Positions 46,143 to 56,759 are shown, counted from the first letter of the stretch. The stretch is 61,123 nucleotides of DNA from Clostridia bacterium (GCA_016293435.1 JAEDEG010000001.1:1-61123), one strand, 5' to 3'. Made by a program: numbers and translations. The notes: generated by a model not told the origin, from the letters alone.

Positions 46143-47995
46143 TTTCCAAATTCCTCTTTAATTCTTAAAACTATTTTGTCGGCAGTTAAATTATACCTTT
46201 CAAACAATTGTTCCTGAGTGCCTTGGCAAACAAAGCAATCATCAAATCCGAGGTTTATAACTATGCAGTGTGATATGTTTTCTAATACAGAAGTAATGTA
46301 TTGTCCTGCACCACCAGTAATTACATTATCTTCAATCGTTACTATCATACGGGTTTTAGCGGATATATTTAAAGCGCGTTCTTTGTTAAATGGCTTTATA
46401 CATCTGACGTTATATACTTTCACTCCAAAATTAGACCGGTTAAGCAATTTTGATGCTTCAACTGAACATTCAAGCATTCTGCCCACAGAAAGTATAACAA
46501 TATCATCCCCGGTATTATAAACCAATTCCGGATTACAACTAAAAGGTTCTCTATACTCCCTTTTTGGGGCATAAGATTTGGGGTATCTGACAGCAACCGG
46601 ACCGTTGCATTCATCAATTGCATAATCTAACATGTGAATAAATTCATTCTCACACGACGGAGCTAATATTTTGATGTTTGGAATGTGAGTAAGATACGAT
46701 AAATCAAATATTCCCTGATGAGTTTCTCCATCCTCACCTACAACTCCGGCACGGTCTATTGCAAAAACTACGTGCAAATTTTGTAAGCATACGTCGTGCA
46801 ATATCTGATCATATGATCTTTGAAAAAATGTTGAATAGACAGCAAACACCGGTATCAACCCGCGAGTGGCCAATCCTGCCGAAAAAGTGGTTGCATGCTG
46901 TTCAGCTATTCCAACATCGAAAAATCGCTCCGGATATTTTTGGCTAAAACCATCCAAGCCACAACCTTTTCCCATTGCTGCAGTAATTGCAACTAACTTA
47001 TCGTTTTCTCCGGCTTTATTTTGCATGTATTTTCCAAAAATATTAGTGTATGAAGTACCTTGGTTACCTGATGAATCGATATTGTTATCGCTTTTGGGAG
47101 ATACTCCATGATATACATCCGGATTGTCTTCTGCAGGTCTATATCCCTTTCCCTTGTGCGTAAACGTATGAACTAAAACTGGACCCGGGGTGTTTTTTGC
47201 TTTTATAAATGCTTCGGTTAATTCATCTATGTTATGTCCATCTATTATACCTATATAAGTCATGCCCAGTTCTTCAAATAACGGAACCTCTATAGCTGCA
47301 AATTTAATCAAATCCTTTGTAAATTTAATTAGCTTTGTAATTTTATTGCCAAATCCCCCCATTTTATCCAAAAATCTGTGTAAATGGCTTTTGGCAGATA
47401 TATATTTTTTGCCTAATCTGAGCATACTCAAATGTGACGAAAGCCCGCCAACATTTTGATTGATAGACATTTCATTATCATTTAATACAACTATAAGCTT
47501 AGTTTTGGAAGCACCGGCATCATTTAATGCTTCAAATGCCATACCGCCGCTTAATGCTCCGTCACCAATAAATGCAATTACTTCAAAATTTTCTTTGTTT
47601 ATATCTCTTGCTTTAGCAATACCTAGCGCAGCAGAAATGGAAGTACTTGCGTGTCCGGTATTGAAACAATCAAAATTACTTTCTTCAACTTTTGGGAATC
47701 CGGAAAGACCATTCAACTTTCTTAGAGTATTAAACTTATCTGCTCTTCCGGTTAAAATTTTGTGGACATAACATTGATGTCCAACATCAAAAATTATCTT
47801 ATCGTTAGGAAAGTCAAAAACCTTATGAAGTGCAATAGTTAGTTCAACAACACCAAGGTTAGATGCAAGATGTCCTCCGTTTTTCATTACATTTTCAATC
47901 AAAAAATTTCTGATTTCGTCTGTAAGTTCTTTTGCATTGCTGTTATTTATATTTTTTAGGTTTTTATCACTTATGAGTTCTTCCTTAAATTTCAT
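46139..47995 (-). CDS. dxs: 1-deoxy-D-xylulose-5-phosphate synthase
   Basis: GGHLASNLGVVELTIALH, DVGHQCYVHKILTGR and GDGALSGGMAFEALN (ThDP motif), with full-length colinearity. Confidence 0.95.
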   Translation of the reverse strand: MKFKEELISDKNLKNINNSNAKELTDEIRNFLIENVMKNGGHLASNLGVVELTIALHKVFDFPNDKIIFDVGHQCYVHKILTGRADKFNTLRKLNGLSGFPKVEESNFDCFNTGHASTSISAALGIAKARDINKENFEVIAFIGDGALSGGMAFEALNDAGASKTKLIVVLNDNEMSINQNVGGLSSHLSMLRLGKKYISAKSHLHRFLDKMGGFGNKITKLIKFTKDLIKFAAIEVPLFEELGMTYIGIIDGHNIDELTEAFIKAKNTPGPVLVHTFTHKGKGYRPAEDNPDVYHGVSPKSDNNIDSSGNQGTSYTNIFGKYMQNKAGENDKLVAITAAMGKGCGLDGFSQKYPERFFDVGIAEQHATTFSAGLATRGLIPVFAVYSTFFQRSYDQILHDVCLQNLHVVFAIDRAGVVGEDGETHQGIFDLSYLTHIPNIKILAPSCENEFIHMLDYAIDECNGPVAVRYPKSYAPKREYREPFSCNPELVYNTGDDIVILSVGRMLECSVEASKLLNRSNFGVKVYNVRCIKPFNKERALNISAKTRMIVTIEDNVITGGAGQYITSVLENISHCIVINLGFDDCFVCQGTQEQLFERYNLTADKIVLRIKEEFGK

Positions 47996-48033
47996 AACAT
48001 AATCCTTTTGTAGTTTGTGATTTACACATTGCT

Positions 48034-48876
48034 TTATTCAAACAAATAGCAAAGTAATCCGCACAAAAATTGGCTGGTTTTATATTTTTTCAAAATATTA
48101 ATAGAGTTGCCGTAGTATTGGTTTAGCATTTTTCGAGCAATATCACTCCCGAAATAAGACACAAAATTCGGCGAATCTGATATCTTTTTATCATCTTCGG
48201 TAACATCTTCAAAATCATCCCGTATCTGAAATGCCAAGCCAAGATTATATGCAAAGCTCTCCATTTCATTCAACGTATCTTCACTTCCCTCGGCAATGAG
48301 AACTCCCGAAACCACAGCAGCCTTTATAAGATTTGCTGTTTTAAGTTCAATAAGTTTTATAAATTGTTTTTCATCGTATATTCCGGTATCTGCTATCGAC
48401 AAATCGATAATCTGACCATCAATCATGCCGTGTGCACCTGCACATTTGGCAATACATTGCATAGCCTTAATCTGATATTGTGTAGTACAATTGTTTGCCA
48501 TAATTTCATATGCTGAATTTAACAACGCGTCTCCACACAATATGCCGAATGCTTCACCAAATTTTTTGTGGCAACTCAGTTGTCCCCTTCTATAATCGGA
48601 ATTGTCCATTGCGGGCAAGTCATCGTGCACCAGAGAATACGCGTGTATAAATTCTATACCGGCAGCAAACGGCAATGCCTTGTTTATATCACCATCCAGC
48701 ATTTTGCAGATTTCAATACACAGAATCGAACGTAGCCTTTTTCCACCGTTTAAAACAGAGTATTTCATAGAATCCAGCAATACAGGCGAAACTTCGGGGT
48801 AACGTGACTCTAAATAATTCTTTATATAGTCATCTATAAATTTAATTTTATTTTTATATATATCGTTAAAGTTCAT
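48034..48876 (-). CDS. ispA: Polyprenyl (farnesyl/geranylgeranyl) diphosphate synthase
   Basis: First DDxxD region (LVHDDLPAMDNSDYRRG) and second region (FQIRDDFED). Confidence 0.9.
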   Translation of the reverse strand: MNFNDIYKNKIKFIDDYIKNYLESRYPEVSPVLLDSMKYSVLNGGKRLRSILCIEICKMLDGDINKALPFAAGIEFIHAYSLVHDDLPAMDNSDYRRGQLSCHKKFGEAFGILCGDALLNSAYEIMANNCTTQYQIKAMQCIAKCAGAHGMIDGQIIDLSIADTGIYDEKQFIKLIELKTANLIKAAVVSGVLIAEGSEDTLNEMESFAYNLGLAFQIRDDFEDVTEDDKKISDSPNFVSYFGSDIARKMLNQYYGNSINILKKYKTSQFLCGLLCYLFE

Positions 48877-48878
48877 TG

Positions 48879-49115
48879 TTAATTCTCCGTTAAAATATCT
48901 TTTGTTATATCGTTATCTTCGTAATTCCCATTTTGAATTATTTCTATTTTTTGCTTTGATTTTTCCAAGATTTTATTACATTCAAAAGACAGCGATACAG
49001 CTTTTTTATACATTTCAATGCTCTCATCTAACGTCAAATTACCTTCTTCTAATGCTTTTACGGCATTTTCGAGATCACACAAATATTCTTCAAATGTCGG
49101 TTTGTTTTTCTTCAT
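48879..49115 (-). CDS. xseB: Exodeoxyribonuclease VII small subunit
   Basis: FEEYLCDLENAVKALEEGNLTLDESIEMYKKAVSL. The ATG at 49115 follows AAGGAG. The gene overlaps the xseA 3' end. Confidence 0.88.
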   Translation of the reverse strand: MKKNKPTFEEYLCDLENAVKALEEGNLTLDESIEMYKKAVSLSFECNKILEKSKQKIEIIQNGNYEDNDITKDILTEN

Positions 49116-50304
49116 ATACAATGCTCCTTGTAACACACTCTAAGTTGCCATCTTTCAATATAACTTTGATGATGTCTCCAACCTGAATCTTATTGATATC
49201 TAAAAGTGTCCCTTCATTATTCAGGATAATGCTGTATCCTCTTGACAAAACTGATAGTGGATTCAAAACACTCAAAGATGATACTTGCTCGGATAATTTG
49301 TAGAATAATTCATCTATCTTGTTTTTCATACAAACATCTATATTGGCAACCAAATTCTTTAGTTTATATTCATTTACATCAATCCGCGAGATAAGACGTT
49401 CTTTTAGTGATGAAAGTGAATACAAACTTAATTTTGCCGTAAAAGCTGCTATTTGCGAATTAATCAATACAGTCGACTTTTCCTGAGCGATTTTTAAAAA
49501 ATGGAATAACTCATCGCACGAAGGAACAGCCAATTCTGCGGCTACCGAAGGTGTTGGTGCTCTTACGTCTGCAACAAAGTCTGAAATGGTATAATCTGTT
49601 TCATGTCCAACACCTGAGATTATGGGAGTATCACACTCAAATATTGCTCTTGCTGTTTTTTCTTCATTAAAAGCCCATAAATCTTCTATAGATCCTCCTC
49701 CTCGCGCGATTATTATACAATCACAATCGCCCAATTCAGACAAATACTTTATTCCGTCACAAATAGAGTCGGCAGCACCTATTCCCTGCACTTTGGCTGG
49801 ATAGACACACACATTGGCTATAGGATACCTTCGTTTCAAAACATCAAGAATATCCCTCAATGCAGCACCTGAAACAGATGTGACAACTCCCACTTTTTTT
49901 GGTATAGATGGAATTTTCTTTTTTAAATTCGCAGAAAACAAGCCCTCTGATTCTAACTTCAATTTAAGTTGTTCGTATGCGGCATACAGCTCTCCGGCCC
50001 CGTCAGGTATCATTGATTCGGCATATAACTGATATGTGCCGCTTGCCTCATACACAGAAATTTTTCCGAATACGATGACTTTCATTCCGTCAACAGGAAT
50101 GAATTTGGTTTTTGAAGAATATCCCCTAAACATAATGGCTTTAAGGGCTGAATTTTCATCCTTTATGGTGAAATAATAATTACCGGTGTAATGTTTTTTG
50201 AAATTCGAGATTTCACCCTTAACCCACAAATCACTCAGATGAGCATTTCGGTCTATGTATCTTTTCATATAATTATTGAGCTGTGAAACAGTAATTACAG
50301 GCAT
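49090..50304 (-). CDS. xseA: Exodeoxyribonuclease VII large subunit
   Basis: VSQLNNYMKRYID...LWVKGEISNFKKH (OB fold), IGVVTSVSGAALRDIL and IIARGGGSIEDLWAFN. Confidence 0.93.
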   Translation of the reverse strand: MPVITVSQLNNYMKRYIDRNAHLSDLWVKGEISNFKKHYTGNYYFTIKDENSALKAIMFRGYSSKTKFIPVDGMKVIVFGKISVYEASGTYQLYAESMIPDGAGELYAAYEQLKLKLESEGLFSANLKKKIPSIPKKVGVVTSVSGAALRDILDVLKRRYPIANVCVYPAKVQGIGAADSICDGIKYLSELGDCDCIIIARGGGSIEDLWAFNEEKTARAIFECDTPIISGVGHETDYTISDFVADVRAPTPSVAAELAVPSCDELFHFLKIAQEKSTVLINSQIAAFTAKLSLYSLSSLKERLISRIDVNEYKLKNLVANIDVCMKNKIDELFYKLSEQVSSLSVLNPLSVLSRGYSIILNNEGTLLDINKIQVGDIIKVILKDGNLECVTRSIVYEEKQTDI

Positions 50305-50316
50305 ACTACTCTCCCA

Positions 50317-50718
50317 TTAAACAACCGAAGCTAAAACTCCGTTTATAAATGCAGGAGAATCATCATCGCCAAACCTTTTTGCAAGCTCCACAGCTTCATT
50401 GATTGATACCTGATAAGGTATATCATCTATATAAAGAATTTCACACATAGCCAACCTGAGAATTGATAGGTTGATTTTTGAAATACGTTCTAATGACCAG
50501 CTTTTTAAATTTTTAGATATTTCGCAGTCAATTTTTTCAATGTTTTTGTAACACTGTTTGGTAACAGAGTCAAAATACAACGAATCATTTTGTTGGTTTA
50601 TATCATCTTTAGAGTATTCCTTGTTAAATTCAATAATATTTTCCGGCGGTTGTGTTGAATGAAACGGTATTTCAAAAATTGTTTTAAATGCAGCTTCACG
50701 TGCTGTTTTTCTGCTCAT
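50317..50718 (-). CDS. nusB: Transcription antitermination factor NusB
   Basis: MSRKTAREAAFKTIF... and INEAVELAKRFGDDDSPAFINGVL. Confidence 0.9.
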   Translation of the reverse strand: MSRKTAREAAFKTIFEIPFHSTQPPENIIEFNKEYSKDDINQQNDSLYFDSVTKQCYKNIEKIDCEISKNLKSWSLERISKINLSILRLAMCEILYIDDIPYQVSINEAVELAKRFGDDDSPAFINGVLASVV

Positions 50719-50769
50719 TTTATTCCTCCGTAATAAACACTTCTGACTAAAACAAAGTTTTAATGTAAA

Positions 50770-51168
50770 TTATTCATCATCTGAAATGTCGTCTGATATA
50801 TCTTCCAACCTGTTTTCTTTTTCAAATTCTACACCGGAAATATGAATATTAACTTTAGAGACATTTTGTCCGGACATAGATTCAACAGATTTTTTTACAT
50901 TTTCTTGAACTTCCCATGCAATTTCGGGAATTCTTGTTCCGTATTTTATGCACAGGCTGATATCAATTGTTATTTCTGAATCAACTGAAGATATTTTTAT
51001 GCCTTTAGTTGCATTTTTTTTGCCGAATTTTTGCACAATTTCACCAGCGATAGACCCGCCGGCAAGACCGCACACACCTTCAACTTCCATTACTGCTACT
51101 GATGCAATTGTAGCTATAACTTCGTCTGATATTTTTATCGAACCATTGTTTTCGTTTATGTTTTCCAT
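50770..51168 (-). CDS. Asp23/Gls24 family envelope stress protein
   Basis: KISDEVIATIASVAVMEVEGV and VNIHISGV. Its position between spoIIIA and nusB matches B. subtilis yqhY. Confidence 0.85.
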   Translation of the reverse strand: MENINENNGSIKISDEVIATIASVAVMEVEGVCGLAGGSIAGEIVQKFGKKNATKGIKISSVDSEITIDISLCIKYGTRIPEIAWEVQENVKKSVESMSGQNVSKVNIHISGVEFEKENRLEDISDDISDDE

Positions 51169-51206
51169 ATTAATCCTCCTCTTTTTTCCTAATTATATCA
51201 CAAAAA

Positions 51207-51734
51207 TTACTTAACTTCAACTATTTTTATATTATTATTTCCTGTTTGTTCATAAATTATATCATTTATTTTTATAACTTCGTTGTTTTCGATGCTTTTA
51301 TTTGGAACAGTAACTGTAATATTATCATCTGATATGAAAACAACGCAATCATTAAAACCTTTAGCGTCTAACAATAGTTCACATTCAGATTCCAATTCTA
51401 TATCAGATGCCATTTTTAATATTTTTGTTTCTGCATTTTTTTTGCTTTCTTCGCTCATGTTTTCATCCCTCAATGTATTATTTAATATTTCCAATGCCTT
51501 GCTTCTTACAATTTCTCTGTCATTTTTAGCGCCAATAACATACTTATCTTTGTTGTCCATATTACCTACTAATACAGCTTCACCATCGGATGCAGATTCA
51601 TTTGCATTGTTCTCATCTACTTCAGCTACAGTAATGTCATTTTCACTATAATTTTGATTTACAATAAAACCAACGACAAATAAAATAGCAATAACAGCAA
51701 GTGATATATATTTCTTTTTTATAATCATAAACAT
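51207..51734 (-). CDS. spoIIIAH: Stage III sporulation protein AH
   Basis: Single N-terminal transmembrane segment, acidic linker, and a C-terminal YscJ/FliF-like region. It is the last gene of the spoIIIA cluster. Confidence 0.8.
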   Translation of the reverse strand: MFMIIKKKYISLAVIAILFVVGFIVNQNYSENDITVAEVDENNANESASDGEAVLVGNMDNKDKYVIGAKNDREIVRSKALEILNNTLRDENMSEESKKNAETKILKMASDIELESECELLLDAKGFNDCVVFISDDNITVTVPNKSIENNEVIKINDIIYEQTGNNNIKIVEVK

Positions 51735-51745
51735 TTTTTGGCCTC

Positions 51746-52255
51746 CTAATTTTTCTCTAATATTTTAACTTTATGTATAGGAATATCAAAAACCGCAGCT
51801 ACTGTGTCAGATAAAGCTGCTTTAACTTCGGCTCTATTTGCTCCCTGTGCTGCAATAATTATCCCCTTGATTCCCGAGTATAGAGTTTTGGTTACATAGG
51901 GCTTGCTGATTGAAGATTCTGTTTGAAATACCGTTTTTTCTCCACCATCTTTTTCTGTGTCTTTAAGGACAACTTCTTCATTACTTGATTCAAACACAAT
52001 TAATACTTCAACTTCACCAACTCCGTTTATCTGAGACAGTATTTTCTCAAGTTTTTTTTCTAAGCTTGTAGCGTTTGTTTCTGATAACTTTGTTTCGTTA
52101 TCTACGTTTAAAGTATTATTTTTCTTCGTAGAATTTTCTTTTACGACAACCTTAGTCGATACCATAAGTGTGACTCCTAAAAGAATAAGGATAACAAGAA
52201 TTGGTATTGTTTTTTTGCTACTCAAAGTGTTTTTTGCGGTTTCAATAAACTCCAT
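51746..52255 (-). CDS. spoIIIAG: Stage III sporulation protein AG
   Basis: N-terminal transmembrane segment and the C-terminal block GIKGIIIAAQGANRAEVKAALSDTVAAVFDIPIHKVKI. Confidence 0.85.
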   Translation of the reverse strand: MEFIETAKNTLSSKKTIPILVILILLGVTLMVSTKVVVKENSTKKNNTLNVDNETKLSETNATSLEKKLEKILSQINGVGEVEVLIVFESSNEEVVLKDTEKDGGEKTVFQTESSISKPYVTKTLYSGIKGIIIAAQGANRAEVKAALSDTVAAVFDIPIHKVKILEKN

Positions 52256-52682
52256 TGATCAATTCCACCTCATCATTATCAGTACAGTATTTATCCCTGA
52301 TATATTTATTTATATCCTGACTGCATTCTTTTATATTTCCTTTTATGGTAATTTTTAATTTATTTAAATCACTGTTTACCTCCACATCTCCATCGAATCC
52401 AAATGTTTCTTTAATGTCTTTTTTGATTTTTTCTGAAACAATTTTTGTAAACTCATTTTCTATGATGTTTGTATTGTCATTGTAAAATTCATTATCGTAA
52501 GAATCAGACATTTTCAGCTTTGCATTTTCAATTGGAATACCAAGTAACGTGAAAACAACCATTATTCCTCCCACTAAGTTATATATTCTTTTAAATGAAT
52601 CTTTTTTTATTAAAGATCCGATTAATTGAATGAGAACAGACAGTATCACCATTTTAATTATATAAATTTTTATTTCTTCCAT
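52242..52682 (-). CDS. spoIIIAF: Stage III sporulation protein AF
   Basis: Two N-terminal transmembrane segments (ILSVLIQLIGSLI..., GGIMVVFTLLGIPI), plus its position in the operon. Confidence 0.8.
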   Translation of the reverse strand: MEEIKIYIIKMVILSVLIQLIGSLIKKDSFKRIYNLVGGIMVVFTLLGIPIENAKLKMSDSYDNEFYNDNTNIIENEFTKIVSEKIKKDIKETFGFDGDVEVNSDLNKLKITIKGNIKECSQDINKYIRDKYCTDNDEVELINGVY

Positions 52683-52685
52683 ATC

Positions 52686-53774
52686 TCACCCCGCTACCGA
52701 TACTATCGTTATCATAAGAACAAACATCACAGATATTAAAATAACCATTGCTGCAATGCTCACCAAAACATCACATATAGAATTAATGGCATTTGTTACA
52801 CTTGTTTCTCCAACCATTGATGTAATAACCGAACCTAATCGGAGCATAAATACAACACAAAAAACTTTTATTATTGGAGCAAGACAAATGAAAAGCAACG
52901 TAAAAAATCCAATATAACCAATTGCATTTTTTGTAATTGCCGAAGAGTACAGCAAGCTGCTTAGCGCTTCTGATAAGCAACCGCCTACAACAGGTACAAA
53001 ATTTCCAATCGCATATCTTGCAGTCCTTAAGGCTAAATTATCTCCTGCAACAGCTCCAAATCCGGTGAATGCTAATATTCCTGCAAATATCGTCATTATA
53101 AGTCCTATGATATATCTTGCAGCTTTTGAAATAAAGGATACAAAACCGGAAAGATTAAATGTACTTGAAATGTTTCCGATTATTGACAACAGCCCACAGC
53201 AGTACAACATTGGGAATACAATGTTTTTTATAATTGCAGCGATGACAGTGGATAAAGTCATAAATAATCCTTGAACTGAGGCTGCCGTTCTTGCAAAACC
53301 GCCTGAGATCAGTGTGCCTGCATAAACAGGAACAGCAAAACTCATATAATCAAATAAATCATTCAAGGCTTTTTTGCATGTATCGGACGAATATTCAAAT
53401 ACTGTAATCAGTAAAAAAGAGCACATTACAAAACATACATTGCTGCTTATTTCGGATAAGCCACCGTCTTTAATATATATTTTCATTACAGATATCAATA
53501 TACATATTAGTACTATATATATTATCCGGATTAATGAATGCTTAATTTCACCAAATGCAAATTCAGATATTTTATTTAAAAATTTTAGTATTTCATTATG
53601 CTTATCCTGGTTTTCGCGTAAAAAATTTAATTCAGATTGCCACTCACCTAGCGTTTCTTCGGATTTTTGGTAAAATTGATCTACGATTTTATCTTCTTTT
53701 GAGATATCCGAAGCAAATGCACAACAGGAACATATTGTGGCAATTATTATAAAAGATATAAAGATTTTTTTCAT
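52686..53774 (-). CDS. spoIIIAE: Stage III sporulation protein AE
   Basis: Polytopic membrane protein of about 360 aa with a signal-like N-terminus, in the canonical operon position. Confidence 0.85.
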   Translation of the reverse strand: MKKIFISFIIIATICSCCAFASDISKEDKIVDQFYQKSEETLGEWQSELNFLRENQDKHNEILKFLNKISEFAFGEIKHSLIRIIYIVLICILISVMKIYIKDGGLSEISSNVCFVMCSFLLITVFEYSSDTCKKALNDLFDYMSFAVPVYAGTLISGGFARTAASVQGLFMTLSTVIAAIIKNIVFPMLYCCGLLSIIGNISSTFNLSGFVSFISKAARYIIGLIMTIFAGILAFTGFGAVAGDNLALRTARYAIGNFVPVVGGCLSEALSSLLYSSAITKNAIGYIGFFTLLFICLAPIIKVFCVVFMLRLGSVITSMVGETSVTNAINSICDVLVSIAAMVILISVMFVLMITIVSVAG

Positions 53775-54160
53775 AATAATAACAACATGTCAGTCACTTT
53801 ATTAATTAATTTGGCAAATTCCGGAGCGGCAACAATCATAATTGAAACCTTGCCTGCGAATTCGATTTTTGAAGCCAGATAATTTTCGCCGTTATCAGAG
53901 CATAATTGCGAAGAAAATTCACAAAGCAAGGATATAACAACAATTTTAATTGAAATTTTCAAATAATTATCTATACCATAAACTTTTTTTGACAGACTGT
54001 TAATGGATTCTAATATGTTCATGAGCTGCGGAACACATACAACAATAGTTAAAATACCGGCTCCAATTGCTATTACAGGAGAAAATGATGGTAATATATT
54101 TTTTACTATTAGAATTGCAAAAACAGATATAATACAAATACATACAGCTTTTATAATCAC
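53771..54160 (-). CDS. spoIIIAD: Stage III sporulation protein AD
   Basis: 129 aa protein with four transmembrane segments. Overlaps the spoIIIAE start by 4 nt. Confidence 0.85.
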   Translation of the reverse strand: MIIKAVCICIISVFAILIVKNILPSFSPVIAIGAGILTIVVCVPQLMNILESINSLSKKVYGIDNYLKISIKIVVISLLCEFSSQLCSDNGENYLASKIEFAGKVSIMIVAAPEFAKLINKVTDMLLLL

Positions 54161-54164
54161 AATG

Positions 54165-54359
54165 CTATAACTCGAATAAATTTTTTATAGTGCTGAATAA
54201 TTCATATATCTGTTCAACAATCATTATCATAACAACAACCAGCCCTGCTATTGTAACCATCAATGCTTGCTCGTCTCTCCCGGATTGGACAAGCAATCTG
54301 TAGATGACTGCAACAACAATACCTATTGCTGCTATCTTAAAAATCAACTCCACATCCAT
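54165..54359 (-). CDS. spoIIIAC: Stage III sporulation protein AC
   Basis: 64 aa: IFKIAAIGIVVAVIYRLLVQSGRDEQALMVTIAGLVVV. Confidence 0.88.
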   Translation of the reverse strand: MDVELIFKIAAIGIVVAVIYRLLVQSGRDEQALMVTIAGLVVVMIMIVEQIYELFSTIKNLFEL

Positions 54360-54378
54360 GTCATATATCTCCCGTCAA

Positions 54379-54909
54379 TTATATTAAAAATACAACAATC
54401 AGCAAACCGGTGTATATCCCAAGTTTAGAAAAAATTTTTTCGCTCCCTGATAATTTCAATTTTGAATTTTCAATATTGTCAGATAATTTTTTTATAAATA
54501 CATCTATATTTTTCAACTGGGTTTCTGCATCTCCACTACCTAAAATTTCGCCAAATTCAACTATAGAGTAAATGTCATCTTTATTATAACATAGAAGGGA
54601 TTTTGAGTTAGATACGCTTTTTTTCCATACAGTTGATAAGGGTTGTCCTTGAGAATCTGATGAATATTTCAAAAATAAGTCTAAAATTATTTTATTGTGT
54701 TCTGACGCCGATTTATATGAGTTTTCTGTAGCTTCTATAATATCTGATGAATTATATCTTATTTCATTTTCAAACACATGCATATATAATTTTAAATTTT
54801 CTAACTCAACGACTCGTTTTTGAGACTTTAAGGTAATACAATATCCCAACATAGATGAGGCTAAAAATGTTAAAAATCCACCGAATATTTTTATGTATAT
54901 CATATACAA
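54379..54909 (-). CDS. spoIIIAB: Stage III sporulation protein AB
   Basis: Terminal transmembrane segments flank a soluble GspF-like domain. Overlaps the spoIIIAA stop. Confidence 0.82.
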   Translation of the reverse strand: MYMIYIKIFGGFLTFLASSMLGYCITLKSQKRVVELENLKLYMHVFENEIRYNSSDIIEATENSYKSASEHNKIILDLFLKYSSDSQGQPLSTVWKKSVSNSKSLLCYNKDDIYSIVEFGEILGSGDAETQLKNIDVFIKKLSDNIENSKLKLSGSEKIFSKLGIYTGLLIVVFLI

Positions 54910-55832
54910 CTACCCTCCAGAATTTTTTCAACTGTACCGGGTCCATTTCTGTTGCTTAAAACCACGGATTTATCAAATATATTTTTGTGCCCGGAATTAA
55001 CCAATTCGTTTACTGTCTCATTCAATCCATGTACTGAAGCTATGATCTTGCAACCCGATTGTTTTGCAAAAAATGCAGCCTCAAAATCATCATATGTACA
55101 CATTTCATCGGCGATAATTATATCGGGTGACATAGATCGTACTACAATAGGTATAGCTACTGATTTTTTGCAACCGCTTATTGTAAAATTGTTTGCACCA
55201 ATATCCATAGTGCTTTTTCCGTTATATACAGCTGCAAGCTCATACCTTTCGTCAATCAATGCGCATATTATTATTTTTTTCACTTTATTGTAGTCATTGA
55301 ATGAACGTGCCAAATCTCTGAGTACTGTTGTTTTACCACATCCCGGCGGTGAGATTATGACGGTGTTTTTAACTTGTCCCCGGCAAAATATATCGTCAAA
55401 AAAAATTTCTGACGCACCAACTATCTCATGTGAAATTCGGAATACTAATGAGTTAAACTCCTTCACTCCACATAGTTTATCATCATTGACTATACAATTG
55501 CCGGCAAGCCCTACTCGGTGACCGCCGGGAAGTGTTATAAATCCCTTGGTGATATATTTTTCATAGATATAAATAGACGATTTAGTAACCAATTCTACAA
55601 TTGCCTTTATGTCATCGACTGTTATGGTATATAAATTATTCGTTGATTTTGATAAGCCGCAACTACCGAGATAAAAACGCTGGTTTTCAAAAATTACAAT
55701 TAATGGACTGCCATGGACTATTCTTATTTCCGAAAGCTTGTCCAGTCGATCATTATCCAAAGTCGAAAAAAGTTTTCTAATTGTCTCCGGGAAATATATC
55801 AAAATTTCTCGTTGTACTTTACTTTCCTCCAT
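54900..55832 (-). CDS. spoIIIAA: Stage III sporulation protein AA (secretion-type ATPase)
   Basis: Walker A ISPPGCGKTTVLRDLAR and Walker B IIIADEM. Start is the ATG at 55832; the track gives the GTG at 55841. Confidence 0.88.
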   Translation of the reverse strand: MEESKVQREILIYFPETIRKLFSTLDNDRLDKLSEIRIVHGSPLIVIFENQRFYLGSCGLSKSTNNLYTITVDDIKAIVELVTKSSIYIYEKYITKGFITLPGGHRVGLAGNCIVNDDKLCGVKEFNSLVFRISHEIVGASEIFFDDIFCRGQVKNTVIISPPGCGKTTVLRDLARSFNDYNKVKKIIICALIDERYELAAVYNGKSTMDIGANNFTISGCKKSVAIPIVVRSMSPDIIIADEMCTYDDFEAAFFAKQSGCKIIASVHGLNETVNELVNSGHKNIFDKSVVLSNRNGPGTVEKILEGSCI

Positions 55833-55887
55833 AAGTATCACCCAAAACCATTATATTTTATATTTTAGGAAAATAGAACAATCTTTC

Positions 55888-55915
55888 TTGACAAATAGCT
55901 TTATTGTGTTAAAAT
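55888..55915 (+). promoter_or_regulatory. Sigma-A promoter of sigH
   Basis: TTGACA at 55888-55893, 16 nt spacer, TGtTAAAAT extended -10 at 55907-55915. Confidence 0.55.
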
Positions 55916-55945
55916 AATATATGAGAAATTTTAGGAGGGGAAATT

Positions 55946-56581
55946 TTGAAAAGTTCAGAAAATGATTATATGAAAAATATGAGCGATGAAGAAATTGTAA
56001 AACTTTCCAGAGATGGCAATGGGTATGCGATTGAATATCTTATGGAAAAATACAGAAATTTTGTCAGGGCAAAATCAAGAACATATTTTTTGATTGGAGC
56101 TGATAATGAAGATATTATACAAGAAGGCATGATAGGATTGTATAAAGCTATAAGAGATTATAAAATCGATGCACAGGCATCGTTTAAATCCTTTGCTGAG
56201 CTATGTATAACAAGACAAATTATTACCGCGATAAAAACTGCTACAAGGCAAAAGCATATCCCCTTAAATTCATATATATCTTTGAGCAAACCGGTATATG
56301 ATGATGAAAATGAAAGAATTTTGCTCGATACTGTTATGGAGACGCATCGTTTAGATCCTGAAGAGATAATGCTTGATAAAGAACGCTTTTTAAGCATTGA
56401 AGAAAAATTATCAAAAATATTAAGCAAGCTTGAATGGATTGTACTAACAAAATATCTGGAAGGTATGAGCTATATTGAAATTGCTTCACAAATTGGGAAA
56501 AGCGAAAAATCTATTGACAATGCATTGCAAAGAATAAAAAAGAAAATAGAAAAACATATTATTAATTCAAACGAGTTATAA
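55946..56581 (+). CDS. sigH: Sporulation sigma factor SigH (Spo0H)
   Basis: YLMEKYRNFVRAKSRTYFLIGADNEDIIQEGMIGLYKAIRDYK...SFKSFAELCITRQIITAIKTATRQKHIPLNSYISL. The TTG at 55946 lies 7 nt after GGAGG. Confidence 0.9.
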   Translation: MKSSENDYMKNMSDEEIVKLSRDGNGYAIEYLMEKYRNFVRAKSRTYFLIGADNEDIIQEGMIGLYKAIRDYKIDAQASFKSFAELCITRQIITAIKTATRQKHIPLNSYISLSKPVYDDENERILLDTVMETHRLDPEEIMLDKERFLSIEEKLSKILSKLEWIVLTKYLEGMSYIEIASQIGKSEKSIDNALQRIKKKIEKHIINSNEL

Positions 56582-56733
56582 TTGTATATTTTCAACAAAA
56601 AAACATCTACTTTTTTGACAAGTTAGTAAAAAAATACGATTGAAAATTTTGATGAAAAATGATAGAATTCATACATACCACAATAAACAAACTTTTTTTC
56701 ATTTTCCCTCCTTAATTATAAGGAAGCAAAAAA

Positions 56734-56759
56734 GCAGACAATGTATTGTCTGCTTTTTT
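56734..56759. terminator. Bidirectional intrinsic terminator downstream of sigH
   Basis: GCAGACAAT pairs with ATTGTCTGC. AAAAA precedes the stem and TTTTTT follows it. Confidence 0.75.

Noticed and set aside
56607-56702. Minus-strand 31-codon ORF (MKKSLFIVVCMNSIIFHQNFQSYFFTNLSKK) with an AAGGAGGG RBS in the sigH-rplM spacer.
   Set aside because: The RBS spacing is short, at about 4 nt. The ORF starts only about 30 nt downstream of a bidirectional terminator, leaving no room for a promoter. It has no recognisable family. I keep it only as a low-probability small ORF.
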